NCBI GenBank assembly: GCA_951406725.2
Contig: OX597815.1
Coordinates: 109,492,001-109,556,000, forward strand
Origin: Octopus vulgaris
Lineage: Eukaryota
DNA length: 64,000 bases
Reading direction: 5' to 3'
How positions within the stretch are numbered: the stretch's first letter is position 1; every line of letters begins with the position of its first letter. Below the pieces are notes generated by a model that saw only the letters and a program-made list of their open reading frames with translations, was not told where the DNA came from and did not search any database. Below, piece after piece: positions 56,351 to 64,000 of this stretch. Both the position numbers and the translations under genes were made by a program.

Positions 56351-57643
56351 CAAGCTCTAGTTCAATCCCGCCCTGCTCCCCATTCCCGCCGTCATTTGCC
56401 ATCATCGCCGCCCGCGCCAAAGCCACCACCACCACCACCGCCGTCACCACCACCACCACCACCACCACCACCACCACCACCACCACCACCACTGTCCCCG
56501 CCACCGCCACAATCCTCATCCTCCTCTCTTTTTTCTCTCTCTCTCTCTCCCTCTCTTTTAATCTTCCTTCACTTCGTACACTGACAGACATAACACACAC
56601 ACACACATGCCTAAAACCACACACAAATACACATATAAACGTTTTCCGCCTCACACACGCAGACACACAACAGACGAGCAGACACACACACACACACACA
56701 TTAGGCATACACGCATACACACAAACACACAGACACCACATGTACTCATATCTTTTGTCGCTGAACTGGTGGTTCCTATGCTGAAAACCGTAGAGGTAGT
56801 AAAGTGAAGAAAACACCATGCACAGAATGCGTGTGGCTGTTGCGTGAAGACAAAACAAAACAAAAACAGAATCGAGGAATTTTCGAACACACACACACAC
56901 ACACACACACATACACATACACACACAGACACACACAGAAACACAAGCACATATGTACACACACACACATACCCACACTACACAAACACACACACACACA
57001 CACGACAAGCGTAGTCTGAATGCCACCATCTTCACGTCTTCACCCACCACCGCCATTTTGTATCGCCGGGGCTTGTATTATTAACGCGGTACTGTTACTA
57101 CTACTATGTCTAATAAGAGAACCACTATCACTATTTCTATCAAACATCAATACCAACACTAACATTAACACAATTTCGGAGAAAACGACACCAGCGACAG
57201 CCCGCCCCCACCACGAAGAAACATCACCGCCAACGTCGGCCATCGTTATCCTCACGACAATCAACAACAAAAAGAAAAACAACGATGCCGCTTACCAATA
57301 TCAGCAAAGAGGCTAACAAATAAGAACCACAAGGAGGACAAATAGCAGGGACACCACCACCACCACCACCACAACAACAACAACAACAACAATTACAATC
57401 AACAACAGCAGTAACACCACCACCGCCATCACCACCATCACAACTACAATCAACAGCAGTAGCAGCACCATCACCACCACCCTACACCGCCACCACCACC
57501 ACCACCACTGCTGCTACCACAACTTCCGCCACGATCTCCAACACCGCCAACATATACACGGGGCACCGTCAACCCTACTACCAGTGTTACGTACGACCAC
57601 CACCACCAACAACAACAACACCACAAACATCCACAACCGCTGT

Positions 57644-57680
<37 letters not shown>

Positions 57681-58482
57681 CCGTCAACACTACAACAGTC
57701 ACAATTATCACCACTACTACCACCACCACAATCACCACCGCTAACAGCAACAGCAACAACAACAACAATACTATCAGCACCACATAGAAAACAAAAGCAA
57801 ATGAACGCATCGCTAATAATACATATAAATTTGTAACTATTGAATTAACATTAAACTTTTGACTTACAAACACACACATATTGAAGCCTACATACATACC
57901 CACACACATATTGAAGCCCACATACACACACACACATACACACACACACACACATACACACACACACAGATAATATGTTATATTATATAATATATAAAGA
58001 AATACAGAATCACACAGATACACGCATATACACAACACAGACGCACATATAAATTAATTGATAGAAAATAAAACGAAACGAAACCCGTTGTCCAAACAAT
58101 TACAAGAGTAATATATAAGCAAAAAAAAATGTATATATAAATATCTGCATCGCAAATAGCAAAAACAAAAAAAAATTAAAGCAAAATATAAAAGAATTTT
58201 CCGCGCACACGCATACACACACGCGCGCACCGTGAGGGTATATTATGTAAGAAAGTTTTCTGATTCCAACAGACATATGGATGACCATCGGGGCCAAATA
58301 TTTGCTGGTTTACTTGTAACCAATTCCAGTCGGACATGGAGCTAAAATAATAAATTAAATTACGAAGTAGGTACCTATTCTTGAATTGTTAACTAATAAC
58401 TGGTTTATAATGCTTTATTTTGTGCATGTAAATTCGGAACCAGCCAACGCACGTACGCAAGCACACACACACACATACACAT

Positions 58483-58514
<32 letters not shown>

Positions 58515-59652
58515 TCTCTCTCTCACACACATACACAAACACGCACACACACAGATTCTCTTTCTCTCTCTCTCTCACACACACACAAACATACAAACAC
58601 ATCGTGCCCACATAATCGTGCAGGCACACACACACACACACGTGAATATTTACATGCATGTACGGGTGTTTATGTGTACGTGTATATATATATATGTGTG
58701 TGTGAGTGTGTGTGTATATATATATATATGCATGTATATTTATATGTGTGTATATATATAAGTGGGAGGTGCGAGTATGTATATATATACATACACACTC
58801 ACACACACACATTTAGTCAAGACATCATAATGGAGAATGGAGAATTATACTACTTCAAAATATATTTATTGTAAGTTATTAAAGTACTATCTTCATATTC
58901 CATTCCGACACGTGTTTCTGCTGGATAATTCACCCAGTCAGTGTCTTTTGATATAACATTTCTGGACATTTAGTTGATTTATATTAAATAATTTGCAATA
59001 CAAATTCACCTAAAAGTTGGCAACTCTGTGCAATATTATTCCAGGTGATACACATACAGGTGGGAGAAGCGAAGTGATTTATTTCAATTTATAAATTTCA
59101 AGCACATATAATTCTCTATTTTTCATTTCGATATCATGATTATATGCTTTGTATGCTACACGAAATCCAAAGGAGCGAATTCAGGATTTACCTATCGAAT
59201 GAAGTACAGTTTAATTATCATAAACGATTCTAAATGTTTCGGTAATTAGCTTAATTTGGATTGGATCAGAATGCTCATAAAGGTACCGGCCTGGATTTGA
59301 AATCCCTATACCTTTACGTTATATATATATATATATATACATATATATAAAATTGAGATTCAGTTGGATTAGGTATTTAAACTGAGGCAACTTGCTTGTT
59401 CAGTATAGTCCACACACTTCAACAATATTAATTGAATATTGAATATCATGACTCCCTGTACAGGTGTTTGTACCTAATATTCCTGTTGTATGTGCAGAGA
59501 ACGCAACCCAGCTAAGTGAAGATATCCGCTCTTGGTAATTGAGACATGTACTTTTTATATATTTCTTTTATATAAAGGTACTTACTGTAGTATTTCCGAA
59601 GAGCAGATTCCAAGTTATGCGAGCAGAGTATATGTACACCTGTACATCTTCG

Positions 59653-59706
<54 letters not shown>

Positions 59707-59710
<4 letters not shown>

Positions 59711-60060
59711 TTTTATTCTTTTATTCTTTTATTTGTTTCAGTCGTTTGACTGCGGCCATGCTGGAGCACCGCCTTTAGTCGAACAAATCGACCGCAGGAC
59801 TTATTCTGTGTAAGCCTAATACTTATTCTATCGGTCTATTTTCACGAACGGCTAAGTTACGGGGACGTAAACATAGCAACATCGGCTATCAAGCGATGGT
59901 GGGGTGACAAATACAATCACACACACACACACAACACACACATATATATATATACACGACAGGCATCTTTCAGTTTCCATCTACCAAATCCACCCACAAG
60001 GCTTAGGTCGGCCCTAGGCTATAGTAGAAAACACTTGCCCAAGCTTCCACACAGTGGGTC
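59707..60060 (-). mobile_element. SINE family A
   Basis: Conserved family A blocks with a (TTCTTTTA)n tail on the plus strand. Confidence 0.85.
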
Positions 60061-60184
60061 ATGTATGTATATATGTATTTCTGTATGTACGTATATGTGT
60101 GTGTATGTGTACACACATATTTAAACCTATAAGATGACGTTAGTTTTTATGTGAAGGTAGAAAGAATTTAATATTAAACTGGAT

Positions 60185-60395
60185 GAAGGTGGCAGAAACA
60201 TTAGCACGCCGGGTGAAGTGCTTTGTGGTATTACGTCTGTCTTTATGTTCTGAGTTCAATTCCGCCGACGTCGACTTAGCCTTTCTTCTTTTCGGGGTCG
60301 ATAAATTAAGTACCAGTCGCGTACCGGGGTCGATCTAATCGACTGGCATCTTTTCCAAAAGTTTGGGGCCTTGTACCTAGAGCAGAAAAGAATAT
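60185..60395 (+). mobile_element. SINE family B, near full length
   Basis: TGGCAGAAACATTAGCACGCCGG head ... CTGAGTTCAATTCCGCCGA ... TTTCGGGGTCGATAAATTAAGTACCAG ... GGCCTTGTACCTAGAGCAGAAAAGAAT. Confidence 0.85.
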
Positions 60396-60587
60396 TCAAC
60401 TGGAGGATTACGCAATAACATTTACTAGATATGAAACGGTTACATGAAGGGGGTAATTAGGAACTTCGAAGTGTCTCTCTCTTCCTTCCTTCCCTCTTTC
60501 TTTCTCTATTAATCCTCTTCTCTCCCTGTCTCTGTCTGTCTCTCTGTCTACATACGTATACATGCATATATGAATGTATGTCATATA

Positions 60588-60656
<69 letters not shown>

Positions 60657-60895
60657 AAATACATACCAAAATGGGTTTGTATGTAAGCATGTGTGCGTAT
60701 GCATGTATGTACATACGCGTGCATTTACATATATACGAAAACATGTGTTTGTACATGTAAAAAAATTTAAAGTACTAATAGGTAGGTGCATACATATTAC
60801 ACATAAACACACATGTACCAATTTAAGTTATTCATAATTAACTGTATATATAAAATATATAGATATGTATAAAGATACGCGTGCATGTGTATAAA

Positions 60896-60946
<51 letters not shown>

Positions 60947-61467
60947 CTATATATATGTATATATATGAGTGTATACACACACATACACATATACATATAG
61001 AAACGTTACATGTATAAAACGAATACAGGCATACACATTTGGGGCCGGCGGATGCCTACTACTACTACTACTACTACTATTATATACTTACGCACACTCA
61101 CACATACACACATTCATGAGAATCAGATGCTTAATATAAAAACAACTATATATAATATAGATATTAACACATATGTACATATATACTTATATATATATAT
61201 GTTTATATACATATGTGTGCGTGCGCGTGTGTGTGTGTTTATGGTAGTTCTCATGTCGAGTTATTGTGAAAATATATTTACATTAAGCTAAAAGATTACC
61301 CATGACGTTTTGTAGAATATGCATAAATTATTCTTTTACCAAAACCGAATGATTGCCAAAACTATTCTATTTCAGAGAGGTTACATACACTCATGTATAT
61401 ACATACTTATGACATATATAACATACGCATGTATCTTTCATTCTCTATCTCTCTCTCTCTCTTTATG

Positions 61468-61515
<48 letters not shown>

Positions 61516-61696
61516 TATACACATGCATATGTGTGTATGAATGTGAGTATAAAATATATATATATATAATGTGTGTGTATGTATATATATGCTACATATA
61601 TACATAAATAAATAATGTATATGCATTCGATAGTCATAATATATAAAAATATGATATAATATATAGGTGTAAAATATATAGACTATGAATTCTATG

Positions 61697-61754
<58 letters not shown>

Positions 61755-62481
61755 ATGTTTGTGTGTGTGTGTAATCATATAGGATAAAAGCAAATATACG
61801 TATATACGCAGATACATTAGAAACTAATAAATTTTTATACATAGGATGTATGATATACATACAAATTCATACGCACACAGATATATTCACATTCATGTAT
61901 GTAACTTTCTCCATATATATTTATGTATGTGTGTATATGTGTGCATGTTTATATATATACTTATGTATATTTTATATTAAACATATGTTATATAAGTATT
62001 ATATATAATACATATATAATATATAATTTATATCATATATATGTTTAATATAAAATATATGTAATATATACATATATATAATATTTACATAATATATGTA
62101 ATATAAATGTGTATGTATATATGATATATATATATACAATATAATATGTGTATTAAAATATATAATATATATATATGTATGTATATATATATATAAATAT
62201 ATATCATATATATATTTAATACATATATAATATATAAAATAAATAATGTATGCTTATATACATGGATAGATATACATACATACATACACACATACATACA
62301 CACATACATAGATACATGCATATACACATGCATACACACATACATACATACATACACACATACATACATACATACATACATACATACATACATACATACA
62401 TACATGCATACATACATACATACATACATATTTGTCAGACATTCCTGGGTCAATCTTTGGTGGAAACATATCTGAATTAAG

Positions 62482-62544
<63 letters not shown>

Positions 62545-63253
62545 CGTGTGTGTGTTTATAACTTAAAATATTTAATATATATATTTCAATATGTAAATGG
62601 TTTCCCTTTATTTTATAAATTCACAGCGTTATACTAATATTATGTGTTTATCACATAAGTGTATATACATAATTTACAGGTATATAATACATATATGTGT
62701 TTATATACATGTATGTATACAAACATACGTATATATACCATATGAACATGTTACACATATGTTTTGTGTACATTTAAATATAAAAATTATCTTAGAATTT
62801 AATATATTAATACATATACGCACATATACATATATGAATATATGGGTACATATTTAATACCTATATAGTGTGCAAACACGCAAATAAATATTACAAAATA
62901 TAATATAATATATTATTAAAAAGTGTATTATATATATGTGTATATGTTTATATATTTGTGCATATATTTGCTTATTTTACTGTAAATAATTTTTTTTTTC
63001 TCACCGTCACACACTCTCTCTTTGTCACAATATCCATATATATATTTATTTATTCATTTATATATATGTAGATATGTGTACACACTCACATATATATATG
63101 AATATATAAATATATATAAGTAAATAAATATATATATATATATATACATACACACATATATATACGCAGATTTACTTTTATACCACATATATTATACATA
63201 TATATTTCTATATAGATGCACATGTGGATATGCAGACACACACTCACACACAC

Positions 63254-63334
<81 letters not shown>

Positions 63335-63604
63335 GTATATTTTTCTACCTGCCTGTGTATGTATGTGTATGTTTTTGTGTATGCGTGTGTGTGTTTGTCA
63401 AATATAGTATCCAGACAGGGACATAAGATTATTTCACGATTCATAATATTTTCCTTACATCAAAAATAATTTTGAGTTCAGCAGAAAGAAACTATTGTCA
63501 CGCCTACCTCTACATGAGCCTAGCGTAAAAGCATGTTTATTGTATGTACGCTTGTGTAAAATAGGTATACATAGGTTATATAAATAAATAACTAAAACGT
63601 TTTA

Positions 63605-63665
<61 letters not shown>

Positions 63666-63705
63666 CTCTCTCTCTCTCTCTATATATATATAAATATAAA
63701 TATAT

Positions 63706-63754
<49 letters not shown>

Positions 63755-64000
63755 TTATTTGAGGGAATAAAATCCAAACTCACATGGAAAAAATTCAATT
63801 TAGAAATACTAAATCAAATTTCACACAATATAATATATATAAAAAAATTAGAAAAAACCCCCACCTTTTATCAATTCAAAATGAACAATTAAATTACACC
63901 ATCTAGAAAATTACATATAATAGAAATATAAACAATAAAAATATAAACGTATATATAGGTATATAGGTTATTACTTAAACATTGACATTTTATTGTTATT

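Noticed and set aside
55696-56784. 362-aa hydrophobic ORF resembling a membrane protein
   Set aside because: Arises from a polypyrimidine tract and (ACC)n/(CA)n repeats; overlapping frames are similarly open.
57350-57787. His/Gln/Thr/Ser-rich transcription-factor-like coding exon
   Set aside because: The His/Gln frame has stops; the open Thr/Ser frame is pure trinucleotide low complexity with no domain or clear splice sites.

Overview
AT-rich eukaryotic non-coding DNA saturated with microsatellites ((TA)n, (CA)n, (GA)n, (CATA)n, (GATA)n, (AAT)n, (ACC/ACT)n). The repeat content most resembles an octopus (coleoid cephalopod) genome, which is an inference. I found no host protein-coding gene, and almost all ORFs in the track are microsatellite translations. 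The supportable content is mobile DNA. (1) Many tRNA-derived SINE copies built from shuffled modules. (2) Three 5'-truncated copies of a restriction-like-endonuclease (R4/Dong-like) LINE, each joined to (CATA)n arrays. (3) An RTE-clade LINE 3' fossil. (4) Two hAT-type non-autonomous elements; removing one restores the LINE reading frame exactly. (5) A decayed hAT transposase. (6) Six short Penelope-like terminal-repeat fragments in (TA)n, five with minimal hammerhead-ribozyme-like cores (one canonical, at 31836-31870). Several long hairpins and palindromes (25755-25857, 46875-46978, 47307-47597) and a few unique islands that may be regulatory are also present. The best leads are the (CATA)n-associated RLE LINE and the hammerhead-bearing, (TA)n-embedded elements. 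Neither can be called undescribed without database searches. Most boundaries are approximate.
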